A model generated the notes under the pieces. It was not told the origin of the DNA. It saw nothing but the letters and a program-made list of their open reading frames with translations, and made no database searches. 64,000 nt of DNA from Parcubacteria group bacterium Licking1014_17 (GTDB lineage Bacteria; Patescibacteriota; Minisyncoccia; 2-02-FULL-40-12; IGHO2-01-FULL-4-A), in the NCBI GenBank assembly GCA_007376485.1, contig VMGJ01000001.1, positions 41,788 to 105,787 on the forward strand, given 5' to 3'. The position numbers and the translations under genes were made by a program. Below, in pieces: positions 49,112-58,407 of this stretch. The number at the start of each line of letters is the position of its first letter. Position 1 is the stretch's first letter.

Positions 49112-49666
49112 ATGAACAACTCAAAAAACAATGATATGGATAGTAACGAGGGCAATAAAATGCCTGGTGGGAGTAACTTAAGAATCTATATAATAGGCGT
49201 GGCAGTGTTTATTATCGGATTGTCAATAGGTTTTGGCGTCGGGCGGAGCGGGCGCGGTGTCGGAACGAGCGGAGAGCCGCTCAAGCAATCGGCGGCTCCA
49301 ACAGCCATCTCGCTGGCTAACGGGGATAATTACATGCTGATAAAAGATCAAGCCGCCGGTTCCAAAGTTACCGTTACCGATTTGAAAGTCCAAGACAATA
49401 CATGGGTGGCAATTTACGAGGATTATAACGGAAAGCCGAGATATATCTATGGTGCCAGATTGTTCGCGGCGGGGGAACAGCACGGTATTGATGTCAAATT
49501 GATAAAACCGACCGTGCCCAGTGCCACTTATTACGCGATGTTCCATGTGGATAATGGCGACAGAGCTTTTGATTGGCAACAGGACAAAGTCATAACCGAT
49601 GATGCCGGCAAAAACTTAATATTTACGTTTCATACAACTAGTGCGCCGGCGAGCGGATCGATTTAG
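49112..49666 (+). CDS. hypothetical membrane-anchored protein
   Basis: 184 aa, TM 'IYIIGVAVFIIGLSIGFGVG', no recognised motif. Confidence 0.5.
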   Translation: MNNSKNNDMDSNEGNKMPGGSNLRIYIIGVAVFIIGLSIGFGVGRSGRGVGTSGEPLKQSAAPTAISLANGDNYMLIKDQAAGSKVTVTDLKVQDNTWVAIYEDYNGKPRYIYGARLFAAGEQHGIDVKLIKPTVPSATYYAMFHVDNGDRAFDWQQDKVITDDAGKNLIFTFHTTSAPASGSI

Positions 49667-49706
49667 TAGGATACGAGTGCTTTTAAGAAAATCATGTTAA
49701 GGGTAC

Positions 49707-49864
49707 GCCGATATGCCTTTTCGGGACTGAATTTCCCCCCGCGAGGAAAATTCATCTGGTGAAGCCACTGTTATTTGTCAAGACACAAACCCCGCCACTG
49801 GTGGGGTTTGATCGTTGACAAAGCCGTGCTAACAGTGGCTTCAACAGCCCGAAAAGGCATATCG
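49707..49864 (+). repeat. structured intergenic element family B, copy B4
   Basis: 18-bp outer stem 'CCGATATGCCTTTTCGGG'/'CCCGAAAAGGCATATCGG'; hairpin 'TGAATTTCCCC-CCGCGA-GGAAAATTCA'; stem 'GAAGCCACTGTTA'/'TAACAGTGGCTTC'. Confidence 0.8.
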
Positions 49865-50010
49865 GCTAATGCAAGCAATACAGATTGACCCATTCGGCAA
49901 GGTTCAGGGTCAATCCTGAGCGAAGCCGAAGGATTGACTTCCGGCGGTTTTTGCTTTAGTATAGACTTTCTACTTTTGAGTAATTTTTTTGTTTTAATAA
50001 CACCATTTAA

Positions 50011-51585
50011 ATGCTTGCTTTTATTGGAAAATTCATCAAAAAGCCGAGAAATATATTTTTTACAGCCATTTTAATTATTGGGCTTATTTTGATATTCTCA
50101 TCGCTTTCTAAGAGCTCGGGGAACACTATTGGCGGGATTGCCGTCGCCAGGGGCACGGTGGAGCAGATTGTCAATGTTACGGGTAAAATTAAATCAGCTG
50201 ACAAGATTAATCTGGCATTCGACAGATCGGGCAAAGTTACTTTCATAGGCGCTAAAGTCGGAGACAGGGTTGGCGCCGGCAGGATAATAATGAAACTAGA
50301 TACCAGCGAACTCGACGCGCAGGCAATGAACGCGAGTGCCGGCATTCAGGCGGCACAGGCAAGGCTGGACCAGGTCTCAAAAAGCGCACGAGGTGAAGAA
50401 GTTAATTTAGCCCAAGCGAATCTTAACAATTCCCTGCAATTACAGGTGGAAGCCAAAAAGAACGTCATAGACGCGATGCGTTCCGCGCTCGATACCGCTA
50501 TTAATTCTCTGGTTGCTTTTACCGACATTCAAAAAGAGTATTTTGCAAATTCATTTTCGGACAGTGTGGTTCTTATGGATATGAAGGAAAAAGTCATTTA
50601 TGCTATTTACGGCGAACACAATTTAGGCAGGACGGATGCCTGGTACTTCCTGGCTTTAAAGGGCGGTTTGGAGGGGCGTTTGAACGGTTTGGGAGCGGAT
50701 GCCGGCGACAGCACGATTAGCCAGTATGTGTCGGAATCTAAATCGGCCTTACTGTTGGTTCAGGACCTGCTTGAGTCCGCGCTAACGTATATGTCTAATC
50801 TCAACAGCGTAACCGATGCGGATAAAACAGCCGTTAATTCGGCAAAAACAGGGCTTCTTGCCCAAACTTCAGCGCTGAACGCCCAGCAGCAGAGTATAAT
50901 ATCCGCGAATAATGCCGTGAGCCAGGCGCGGGCGCAGTTATCTATAAAAGAAGTTCCCGGTTCTCTATATGATATTCAACTGGCCCAATCCCAACTTGAC
51001 CAGGCAAAAGCCAATCTTGCTTTAATCCAGGCGCAAATCGCCAAGTATTATATCAGAGCGCCGATCTCGGGCATTATAACCGATGTTGAGGGCAATGTCG
51101 GAGAAATCGCCGCGCCCAATAAAACGGCAATTTCAATTCTTGGAAATACGCCTTTCTATATTGAAGCGTTCGTGCCCGAAACCGATATCGTTCGTATTGG
51201 GGTGGGCGATAGTGCCAACGTAATATTGGATGCCTTCGGACCGGACACATTACTCTTCGCCAAAGTCACATCAATCAATCCGGCAGAAACCGTAATTGAA
51301 GGAGTAACCACTTTCAAAACGCGGCTTCAATTTGTTGATAAAAATCAGGAAATATTGCCGGGGTTAACGGCTGAAATAGATATTATCGCCGACAAAAAAG
51401 ACAATGTGCTGTATGCGCCGACGCGTTCAATCACGATTCGCGGCTCCAAGAGATATATTAAATTAATCAGAGGCGAAGACGGCAAGACCCAAGAGACGGA
51501 AGTAACTGTAGGATTGAAGGGCACGGATGGCAGGACTGAAATTGTTTCGGGGTTAAACGAGGGGCAAATTATCGCGCCAAGGTAA
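50011..51585 (+). CDS. HlyD/MacA-family periplasmic adaptor (membrane fusion protein) with extended coiled coil
   Basis: N-terminal TM, barrel-sandwich 'VTGKIKSADKINLAFDRSGKV', long Q/A-rich coiled coil, C-terminal beta-barrel; upstream of MacB-like ABC genes. Confidence 0.7.
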   Translation: MLAFIGKFIKKPRNIFFTAILIIGLILIFSSLSKSSGNTIGGIAVARGTVEQIVNVTGKIKSADKINLAFDRSGKVTFIGAKVGDRVGAGRIIMKLDTSELDAQAMNASAGIQAAQARLDQVSKSARGEEVNLAQANLNNSLQLQVEAKKNVIDAMRSALDTAINSLVAFTDIQKEYFANSFSDSVVLMDMKEKVIYAIYGEHNLGRTDAWYFLALKGGLEGRLNGLGADAGDSTISQYVSESKSALLLVQDLLESALTYMSNLNSVTDADKTAVNSAKTGLLAQTSALNAQQQSIISANNAVSQARAQLSIKEVPGSLYDIQLAQSQLDQAKANLALIQAQIAKYYIRAPISGIITDVEGNVGEIAAPNKTAISILGNTPFYIEAFVPETDIVRIGVGDSANVILDAFGPDTLLFAKVTSINPAETVIEGVTTFKTRLQFVDKNQEILPGLTAEIDIIADKKDNVLYAPTRSITIRGSKRYIKLIRGEDGKTQETEVTVGLKGTDGRTEIVSGLNEGQIIAPR

Positions 51586-51623
51586 ATTGTCTGTTTTTTC
51601 GGGGTTTATAAAAATGCGAATAA

Positions 51624-51766
51624 TTAGCGGTTTTTATCATCATTTACCCTGCCAGCGTCAGGATTCATTCCGTCAGAGCTGTGGATTTGGCTTGAAGTTT
51701 AGGAAGATATTATACTTCAAGCCAACCGTGCAATCCACAGCTCTGAACGGTGCTAAAAACCGCTAG
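51624..51766 (+). repeat. structured intergenic element family B, diverged copy B6
   Basis: Outer stem 'TAGCGGTTTTTA'/'TAAAAACCGCTA'; 'CCAGCG' loop; stem 'CAGAGCTGTGGATT'/'AATCCACAGCTCTG'; inner 'GGCTTGAAGT'/'ACTTCAAGCC'; 'AACCGTGC' conserved. Confidence 0.7.
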
Positions 51767-51781
51767 TTATTTGTTTTTTTT

Positions 51782-52501
51782 ATGTCCTTAATAGAAGTAA
51801 AAAATCTGACAAAAATATACCGCGAGGGCGATGTTGAAACCCGCGCGGTTGACGAAATAAACCTTAAAATTGAGAAAGGCGAGTTTGTCGCAATTATAGG
51901 CCCGTCGGGCTCCGGCAAATCAACCCTACTTCAGATATTAGGAGGGTTGGACAGACCGACAAGCGGAGAATATTTATTTGATGATAAGGACATAAGCCGG
52001 CTTCCAGACAATGAAGTAGCCCACATTAGAAACCGCCAGATGGGTTTCGTTTTTCAGGCGTTTAATTTATTGCCCCGCCTGACCGTCATTGAAAACGTAA
52101 AATTACCTTTAATTTACCGGGGAGTTGATGAACCGGAAAGAACCGTGATAGCCCGCAAGATGATAGAACTTGTAGGTCTTCAGGACAGAGAGAACTACAA
52201 ATCAGTTAAGCTTTCGGGCGGCCAGAAACAGCGCGTGGCAATTGCCCGGGCGCTCGTCAATTCGCCGAAAGTTATTTTTGCCGATGAGCCAACCGGAAGT
52301 TTGGACTCAAAATCCGGCGAGGTTGTATTAAAATATCTGGAGGAATTAAATGGGGAGGGCAATACAATTGTAATGGTGACGCACGAAAGTTACGTAGCCA
52401 AAACGGCTAAGCGCATTATTATGTTGAGAGACGGTAAAATTGAAAGCGACGAACCGGTAAGTGAAAGGCATTCGGCGTTTAAGGACGGTTTAATAAAATA
52501 A
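51782..52501 (+). CDS. ABC transporter ATP-binding protein (MacB/LolD type)
   Basis: Walker A 'GPSGSGKST', signature '[15 protein letters not shown]', Walker B '[11 protein letters not shown]'. Confidence 0.9.
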   Translation: MSLIEVKNLTKIYREGDVETRAVDEINLKIEKGEFVAIIGPSGSGKSTLLQILGGLDRPTSGEYLFDDKDISRLPDNEVAHIRNRQMGFVFQAFNLLPRLTVIENVKLPLIYRGVDEPERTVIARKMIELVGLQDRENYKSVKLSGGQKQRVAIARALVNSPKVIFADEPTGSLDSKSGEVVLKYLEELNGEGNTIVMVTHESYVAKTAKRIIMLRDGKIESDEPVSERHSAFKDGLIK

Positions 52502-52503
52502 TT

Positions 52504-53745
52504 ATGTTCATCAGGGATATATTCACAATGTCGGTCAAAGGGGTGTCTATCCAGAAATCGCGTTCAGCGCTGACAATTTTAGGCATCGTAATCGGTATCG
52601 CGTCGGTAATTTTAATAATGTCCCTCGGCAGTAGCGCTCAAAGTCTGATTGTCAGCCAGGTTGAAAGCCTGGGTCCCGCTAATATTTTTATATTGCCCGG
52701 CAGAGAGCCGACCAGTGTTCAGGATTTTGCCGGTTCGTTGCTTAGCGATTCACTGCGGGAGCGCGACGTCGCCGAATTAAAGAAAAAAGAGAATGTGCCT
52801 CATATGGTTCGTATTGTGCCATTTGTTTTCGGTCCGGCGGTGATGTCTTACGAGTCAGAGGTAAGAAGCGAAACGGTTATCGGCGGGACCTCGGAATTGG
52901 CGAGCACCTTTAATTTAACGGTCGGCACGGGCGATTTTTACACCGATGACGACGTTCTTCAAAAAAACCAGGTAGTGGTGCTTGGTTCCAAAATCGCCAC
53001 TGATTTATTCGGAACGCAGGATATAATCGGCCATCGGGTGCACATAAAAGACAGGTCTTTCAGGGTGATTGGCGTGATGGATTCAAAGGGGCAAGGTTCG
53101 TTTGCCGATTTTGACCAATCGGTTCTGATGCCCTATTCAACCGCCCAGCAGTATCTTTTGGGCATCAGGTATTTTCACAGGATAATTATCGAAATAGATT
53201 CGGCTAATTACATAAATGACAGCATAGCGGATATACAGGATACGCTTCGGACAACCCATAATATCAAGGATCCTTCCAAGGATGATTTTAACGTAAAAAC
53301 ACAGGCGGATTTGGTAAAAACAGTGGGGAGCATAACAACCGTGCTCACAACGCTGTTGTCAGCCGTGGCGGCGATTTCACTGCTTGTTGGTGGCATCGGC
53401 ATTATGAACATAATGCTGGTTTCCGTTACCGAGCGCACGCGAGAAATCGGCTTGAGAAAAGCGCTAGGTGCGACAAACAGGGATGTTCTGCTTCAATTTC
53501 TGCTTGAAGCCGTGATTCTGACTTTAGCCGGAGGCGTTATTGGAATAATTATCGGCGCGGGTGGGTCTTTATTGGCGTCTATCGCTTTTAAAAGTCTTGT
53601 ATCTTCGAGCTGGAATTTTTCCCTCCCGTTTTCCGCGATTTTACTTGGCTGCGGCGTGTCGGTGATTATTGGAATTATTTTCGGCATTTATCCGGCGCGC
53701 TCGGCCGCCAAGAAAAGCCCGATGGAGGCGTTGAGGTACGAATAA
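52504..53745 (+). CDS. ABC transporter permease, FtsX/MacB-like
   Basis: 413 aa, N-terminal TM + large periplasmic MacB_PCD-like domain + 3 C-terminal TM (FtsX fold). Confidence 0.8.
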   Translation: MFIRDIFTMSVKGVSIQKSRSALTILGIVIGIASVILIMSLGSSAQSLIVSQVESLGPANIFILPGREPTSVQDFAGSLLSDSLRERDVAELKKKENVPHMVRIVPFVFGPAVMSYESEVRSETVIGGTSELASTFNLTVGTGDFYTDDDVLQKNQVVVLGSKIATDLFGTQDIIGHRVHIKDRSFRVIGVMDSKGQGSFADFDQSVLMPYSTAQQYLLGIRYFHRIIIEIDSANYINDSIADIQDTLRTTHNIKDPSKDDFNVKTQADLVKTVGSITTVLTTLLSAVAAISLLVGGIGIMNIMLVSVTERTREIGLRKALGATNRDVLLQFLLEAVILTLAGGVIGIIIGAGGSLLASIAFKSLVSSSWNFSLPFSAILLGCGVSVIIGIIFGIYPARSAAKKSPMEALRYE

Positions 53746-53750
53746 ACTCT

Positions 53751-53887
53751 CGCTAATCGCTTTGACGGACGTAAATTTTCCCGGCGAGAAAATTTACTCT
53801 CGTGATGTTGCTGTTGTTTGTCAAGACATAAAGCCGTTGACAAAACCATGCCAACAGCAACATCAAGAGCCGACAAAGCGATTAGCT
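53751..53887 (+). repeat. structured intergenic element family B, copy B5
   Basis: Outer stem 'GCTAATCGCTTTGACGG'/'CCGACAAAGCGATTAGC'; hairpin 'GTAAATTTTCCC-GGCGA-GAAAATTTAC'; stem 'GATGTTGCTGTTG'/'CAACAGCAACATC'. Confidence 0.8.
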
Positions 53888-53950
53888 CGTTTCACATCAT
53901 TCACCCATCATTAGCGAATAGATGTATTGTTGATATGTTTTTATTTTTAA

Positions 53951-54250
53951 GTGGTAGAATATTTTTATATGGTTACGGGAATAATTGTTTTTTTAATAGA
54001 TTTAGTTGTGGGTATAATTGAGGTTCTGCTGGCTTTGCGGTTTTTACTCCGGCTTTTTGGGGCGAGCGGGGTGGCGGCATTTGTGGCGTGGATTTACAGG
54101 GTAAGCCAGGTCTTCAGGGAGCCGTTCGCAGGCATTTTGCCCGATATCCACTTAACCCAAAGATTGGTTTTGGAGTTATCGTCTCTTGTGGCAATTATCA
54201 TTTACGGAATCATCGGCTATTTGGTGATAAGGTTTCTGCACAAAATGTAG
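53951..54250 (+). CDS. YggT-family small membrane protein
   Basis: 99 aa, two TM helices, 'LRFLLRLFG..FREPFAGILPD' pattern typical of YggT/Ycf19. Confidence 0.55.
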   Translation: MVEYFYMVTGIIVFLIDLVVGIIEVLLALRFLLRLFGASGVAAFVAWIYRVSQVFREPFAGILPDIHLTQRLVLELSSLVAIIIYGIIGYLVIRFLHKM

Positions 54251-54286
54251 CTTTCATTTATTTCGCGAGGAGTGTAGAATGAGGCG

Positions 54287-55231
54287 GTGAAATACACTGT
54301 CTTGTTTTTATTTGTACTTCTTTTTGCCGCGGGTATAACGCTGGGTTTTCTGGGGCGGAATGTCGTTTTCGTAAAAAATTCCGCTGGCGGTAATTTCCCG
54401 ATAGCAATAAAAACTCCGGAACCGGAGAAAACTCTCCTGATTTTGGGCGATATTATGCTTGGGCGGCACGTTGAAGTGCTCATGGACAAAAACGGCGAAG
54501 ATTACCCTTTTGAAAAAATTTCCGGCTTGCTCAAAGGCGCCGATTTGGTTTTTGCCAATCTTGAAGGGCCGATTGTAAACGACCATCAGCGGACGCCGGA
54601 ACTTTCCACCTTCTTTTCTTTCAAGAGCTCAATTGCTACTTTGCTGAAGAAATACAATATCGGCGTTGTCTCGCTCGCCAATAACCATTTGCTTGACCAG
54701 GGGAAAATAGGGCTTCAGGATGCGAAAGATTTACTCGCTTTAGCCAGCGTCGCGTATACCGGCGATCCGACGACTATTGATGCAGATAATATTTTTTATA
54801 CAAAACTGGGGAATGCGAACCTCGCTTTAATCGGATTCAATGCCACCTGGCCGAGTTTCGATAAAGTTAAGGCGTTCAATCTTATTAAATCTGTTAAAAC
54901 CGCGAGTCCGGACAAATTTGTTATTGTTTATCTCCATTGGGGCGAAGAATATCAGGTTAAATCTAATGCGGCCCAGAAAGCCCTATCTCATGAGATGATT
55001 GATGCCGGCGCGGACTTAATTGTCGGCAGCCATCCTCACGTCGTTCAGGACGAAGAAACCTATAAAGACAAGCGCGTATTTTATTCCCTCGGCAATTTTA
55101 TTTTTGACCAGTATTTTTCAAAAGAAGTCCAAACCGGACGGGCGATAAGGGTAAAATTCAGCGGGGGTAGTGTTAGTTATGAAACCATTCCCTATGTCAG
55201 CAAATTGAGCCAACCCCAACCTGTGTTATAA
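54287..55231 (+). CDS. CapA/PgsA-family (PGA_cap) metallophosphatase-fold protein
   Basis: 'LLILGDIMLGRHV', 'FANLEGPI', 'LHWGEEY', 'ADLIVGSHPHVVQ', 'FYSLGNFIFDQ'. Confidence 0.75.
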   Translation: MKYTVLFLFVLLFAAGITLGFLGRNVVFVKNSAGGNFPIAIKTPEPEKTLLILGDIMLGRHVEVLMDKNGEDYPFEKISGLLKGADLVFANLEGPIVNDHQRTPELSTFFSFKSSIATLLKKYNIGVVSLANNHLLDQGKIGLQDAKDLLALASVAYTGDPTTIDADNIFYTKLGNANLALIGFNATWPSFDKVKAFNLIKSVKTASPDKFVIVYLHWGEEYQVKSNAAQKALSHEMIDAGADLIVGSHPHVVQDEETYKDKRVFYSLGNFIFDQYFSKEVQTGRAIRVKFSGGSVSYETIPYVSKLSQPQPVL

Positions 55232-55239
55232 TTTTCCTA

Positions 55240-56874
55240 ATGGCTTCTGGTTTTTTGGATATAGCTTTGATAGTTATTTTAGCGGCGGTTTTTGGTTTCA
55301 CGCTCAAAGCTTTAAAACAGCCGACAATACTCGCTTATATCTTAGCCGGAGTAGCCATCGGCTATTTTAATTTGGTTGGAAACGCCGAGCCGTTGAAAGT
55401 ATTTTCCGAGCTCGGTGTCGTGTTGCTTTTGTTTTTAGTCGGGCTGGAAATCAATTTCAGCGCCCTGAATCTGGTAAGCAAGCCGTCAATCATAATCGGG
55501 CTTCTGCAGATGGCTTTTACTTTTGCCCTTGCTTTGCTTTTAGCCGGAGTTTTGCATATAAGCCATTCCTCCGCGCTTTATCTCGCGGCGGCGATTACTT
55601 TTTCCAGCACGATTATTGTCGTTAAATTGCTATCCGAAAAAAAGGACATTGGCAGTCTTCACGGAAAAATCAGTGTCGGAGTTTTATTGGTTCAAGACTT
55701 GATTGCGATTTTGGTCTTAATGCTCGTCGAAAACGCCTATGTCAATCAAGCGGGGAAAAATGCGGTTCTGATGATAGCGGGGGGAATTTTAGTTTTAATT
55801 GCTCTGCTGATTATCGGCAGAAAACTTGTTTCAAAAGTATTTTCAAAGATTTCTCGTTCCAATGAACTGCTGTTTATATCGAGTATCGCGTGGATGTTTG
55901 TTGCCGCGTTAATAACCAAAGGGATAGGCCTTTCCATGGAAATTGGCGGACTTATCGCAGGCGTGGCAATTGCCAATTCCATTGAAAGCCTGCAAATCGC
56001 CGGCAAAATCAGGCCGCTTAGGGATTTTTTTGTGATGATTTTCTTCGTTATGCTCGGCGCGTCCATGTCCCTGCCCATGCTTGGCGCGCTGTGGCCCAAA
56101 ATCATTATTCTGCTGTTGTTTGTGCTGATAATTAAGCCGGTAATTATTATGGCGATTATGGGTATCCTCGGCTATCGGAAAAGGACCAGCTTCATGGTCG
56201 GCGTGTCGTTGGCGCAGATATCGGAATTCAGCCTTATACTGGCGGCTCTGGGCTTGCGATTGGGGCACATAGACCAGCAGACCGCCGCGCTAATCACCGC
56301 GGTTGGCATCTTGTCAATCATATTTTCTTCATATTATATTGTGTTCGGCGAAAAAATATACAAGAAGCTTTCCTGGATTCTTTCAATTTTTGAAAAAATC
56401 GATGCCAGCAGGGAAAATTATAAGACGGGTCCCGCGTCAGCGCCCATTGTTATCGTGGGGTTTCAGAGAACCGGGAAAAGCATCGCCGGAGGGCTTGATA
56501 AAAAAGACCTGCTTATTGTTGATTTTGACCCGGACGCCAAAAAATATCTGGACGAAAACGGCTATAAATACATTTTCGGCGATATTTCCGATTCGGAAAT
56601 ATGCAGAGAGGTTGATTTTAAAAAGACTAAACTAGTTGTAAGCACCGTCCCCGATTTAAACCACAATTTATCTTTAATTTCACACGTCAAAAAAGAGGGC
56701 GGCGGCTGCAAAATTATCGCGAGAGCCGAAAACGAAAAGGACGCCGGTATTTTATACCGCCACGGCGCGGATTACGTCCTAGTGCCGAACATCACCGCCG
56801 GGCATGTTCTTGGCAGTTTTATCACTCTGGATTCAAGCCTTGATTTTATCGGCAAACTTCGCGCGAAAATTTAA
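55240..56874 (+). CDS. monovalent cation:proton antiporter (CPA2/Kef-type) with C-terminal RCK/TrkA-N domain
   Basis: ~12 TM helices, Na+/H+ exchanger-like core; 'IVIVGFQRTGKSIAGGL' Rossmann-type TrkA-N. Confidence 0.8.
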   Translation: MASGFLDIALIVILAAVFGFTLKALKQPTILAYILAGVAIGYFNLVGNAEPLKVFSELGVVLLLFLVGLEINFSALNLVSKPSIIIGLLQMAFTFALALLLAGVLHISHSSALYLAAAITFSSTIIVVKLLSEKKDIGSLHGKISVGVLLVQDLIAILVLMLVENAYVNQAGKNAVLMIAGGILVLIALLIIGRKLVSKVFSKISRSNELLFISSIAWMFVAALITKGIGLSMEIGGLIAGVAIANSIESLQIAGKIRPLRDFFVMIFFVMLGASMSLPMLGALWPKIIILLLFVLIIKPVIIMAIMGILGYRKRTSFMVGVSLAQISEFSLILAALGLRLGHIDQQTAALITAVGILSIIFSSYYIVFGEKIYKKLSWILSIFEKIDASRENYKTGPASAPIVIVGFQRTGKSIAGGLDKKDLLIVDFDPDAKKYLDENGYKYIFGDISDSEICREVDFKKTKLVVSTVPDLNHNLSLISHVKKEGGGCKIIARAENEKDAGILYRHGADYVLVPNITAGHVLGSFITLDSSLDFIGKLRAKI

Positions 56875-57440
56875 TATTTTCTTATAACCGCTCTGACGAC
56901 AGCGGCGATGTTGAGTTCATGTCTTGGAACTATGGGCTTGTATTTTTTGTTCCCGGGGACAAGCAGAACCTTGCCGTCTTTTTTCTTGAAAAATTTCATT
57001 GTCCATTCGTGGTCTACTTCGGCAACAACAATATCGCCGTTGTGAGGCAGTTTCCCGCGCTCCACCAAAACCATATCTCCCGGCAATATCCCGGCTTCAA
57101 CCATCGAGTCGCCTTTAACTTTTAAAATAAAACTGGACTCGTAATTTCTGATTAAGTATTCGTCTATGTTGATTGTTTCCGCTTTTTCCTGCTCCGCCGA
57201 AAGGGGAATGCCGGCTTCTACCGTGCCGAGAATTCTTACCATTCCTGAAAGTTTATTGGGTATCAGCCTGCCGGCGCTGTCCTTCTCAACTAGGTCGGCT
57301 TCTATCATTTTATTGACCAGCCGGTAGATGGCATTTTTGGATTTAAAACCGGTCAGCTTCATAATTTCGCTGTAACTCGGCATTCTCCGGAACTTCCTTA
57401 AAAAATTTAAAATTTTGGCCGAATATTCTTCTATGCCCAT
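56871..57440 (-). CDS. lexA: LexA repressor (S24 peptidase)
   Basis: N-terminal wHTH, cleavage site 'VEAGIP', 'GDSM' catalytic Ser, 'TMKFF' catalytic Lys. Confidence 0.85.
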   Translation of the reverse strand: MGIEEYSAKILNFLRKFRRMPSYSEIMKLTGFKSKNAIYRLVNKMIEADLVEKDSAGRLIPNKLSGMVRILGTVEAGIPLSAEQEKAETINIDEYLIRNYESSFILKVKGDSMVEAGILPGDMVLVERGKLPHNGDIVVAEVDHEWTMKFFKKKDGKVLLVPGNKKYKPIVPRHELNIAAVVRAVIRKY

Positions 57441-57454
57441 ATGATAATAATAGT

Positions 57455-57470
57455 AAACGAACGTTCACTT
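57455..57470. promoter_or_regulatory. candidate LexA box
   Basis: 'AAACGAAC|GTTCACTT' imperfect 16-bp palindrome with perfect core 'GAACGTTC', 18 nt upstream of lexA start. Confidence 0.3.
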
Positions 57471-57509
57471 GGCAAATGAAGTTGTGGATAAGTAGTTACT
57501 GGCGGCAAA

Positions 57510-57633
57510 CTGCTTTTTCGCAGATGCTCGGGCTTTCCAGCGAAGCCCTCGCTTATACCTCGCCAGTTTTCCCCCACCAGCACGCTGGTGAGGGACCAAG
57601 CAAAACTGGCTCAGTGTACTGCTCAAAGACATA
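57510..57633 (+). repeat. structured intergenic element family A, copy A3
   Basis: Apical hairpin 'CACCAGC-ACG-CTGGTG'; 5' terminal arm diverged. Confidence 0.75.
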
Positions 57634-57751
57634 TTCCCCAGTCAAAACAGCGGCAATCTCAATAGCCCTCAAAGCATATTGGCTCACTGCACCGCTCAAA
57701 AGCGGTTTGCCGCCAGCTCGGGTTGTAATTTTACCTTTTCCTTTATAAAAT

Positions 57752-58393
57752 ATGGATATGGAAAAAATGAGTACTGAGAATAGTGAACAGATAGGAAAGA
57801 AAGAAGATATTAGCCTTATAAGAGTGGAAGATCTTTTAGATATGCTTGAGGCCAAGCTTCCGACTCATTCACTGGCGGCGTTTAGAGATTTTCGTAAAAA
57901 ACTTGAATCTGGCGGTCAGCGTGTACTTGAAAATCCACCGCCTCAGGCCCCTCAGCCATCGGAAAGCATTTCGGAAAGTGTTGAGGAGTTATCTCCCTTA
58001 GTAAAACGGACAACAGATATGTTTAACAGACTAAAGAATGATCCAGATGTGTTGTATGCCGAACGTGAAAACTTTTGGGAAAAATTAAATGCGATTAAGA
58101 CAAAAGTTGACGCCAAAGAAGCTAGAGAAGGTTTTGGAACGGCAACGGGAGGAAAATTCATTGCGGACGGGAATGGAGAATTTTATGTGGTTAAACTGGA
58201 TGGAAAATTTTTCGTATTCCCATCCTTCAATTATGACCCAAATTGGCCAACGGTCAGAGCGGCATTTGAACTTCCTCCGTTGCAGGGACATTTTCCTAGA
58301 GGCATTGAACTGGTAATGCCGGCACCATGCAAGCAAGAGGGAAGCAGGCGGGAATGGACCTTTACCGAAAAAGGCAAGATGCGGCCGCTTTAA
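57752..58393 (+). CDS. hypothetical protein
   Basis: 213 aa, hydrophilic, no recognised motif. Confidence 0.5.
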   Translation: MDMEKMSTENSEQIGKKEDISLIRVEDLLDMLEAKLPTHSLAAFRDFRKKLESGGQRVLENPPPQAPQPSESISESVEELSPLVKRTTDMFNRLKNDPDVLYAERENFWEKLNAIKTKVDAKEAREGFGTATGGKFIADGNGEFYVVKLDGKFFVFPSFNYDPNWPTVRAAFELPPLQGHFPRGIELVMPAPCKQEGSRREWTFTEKGKMRPL

Positions 58394-58407
58394 GCAGTCG
58401 CCATTTT

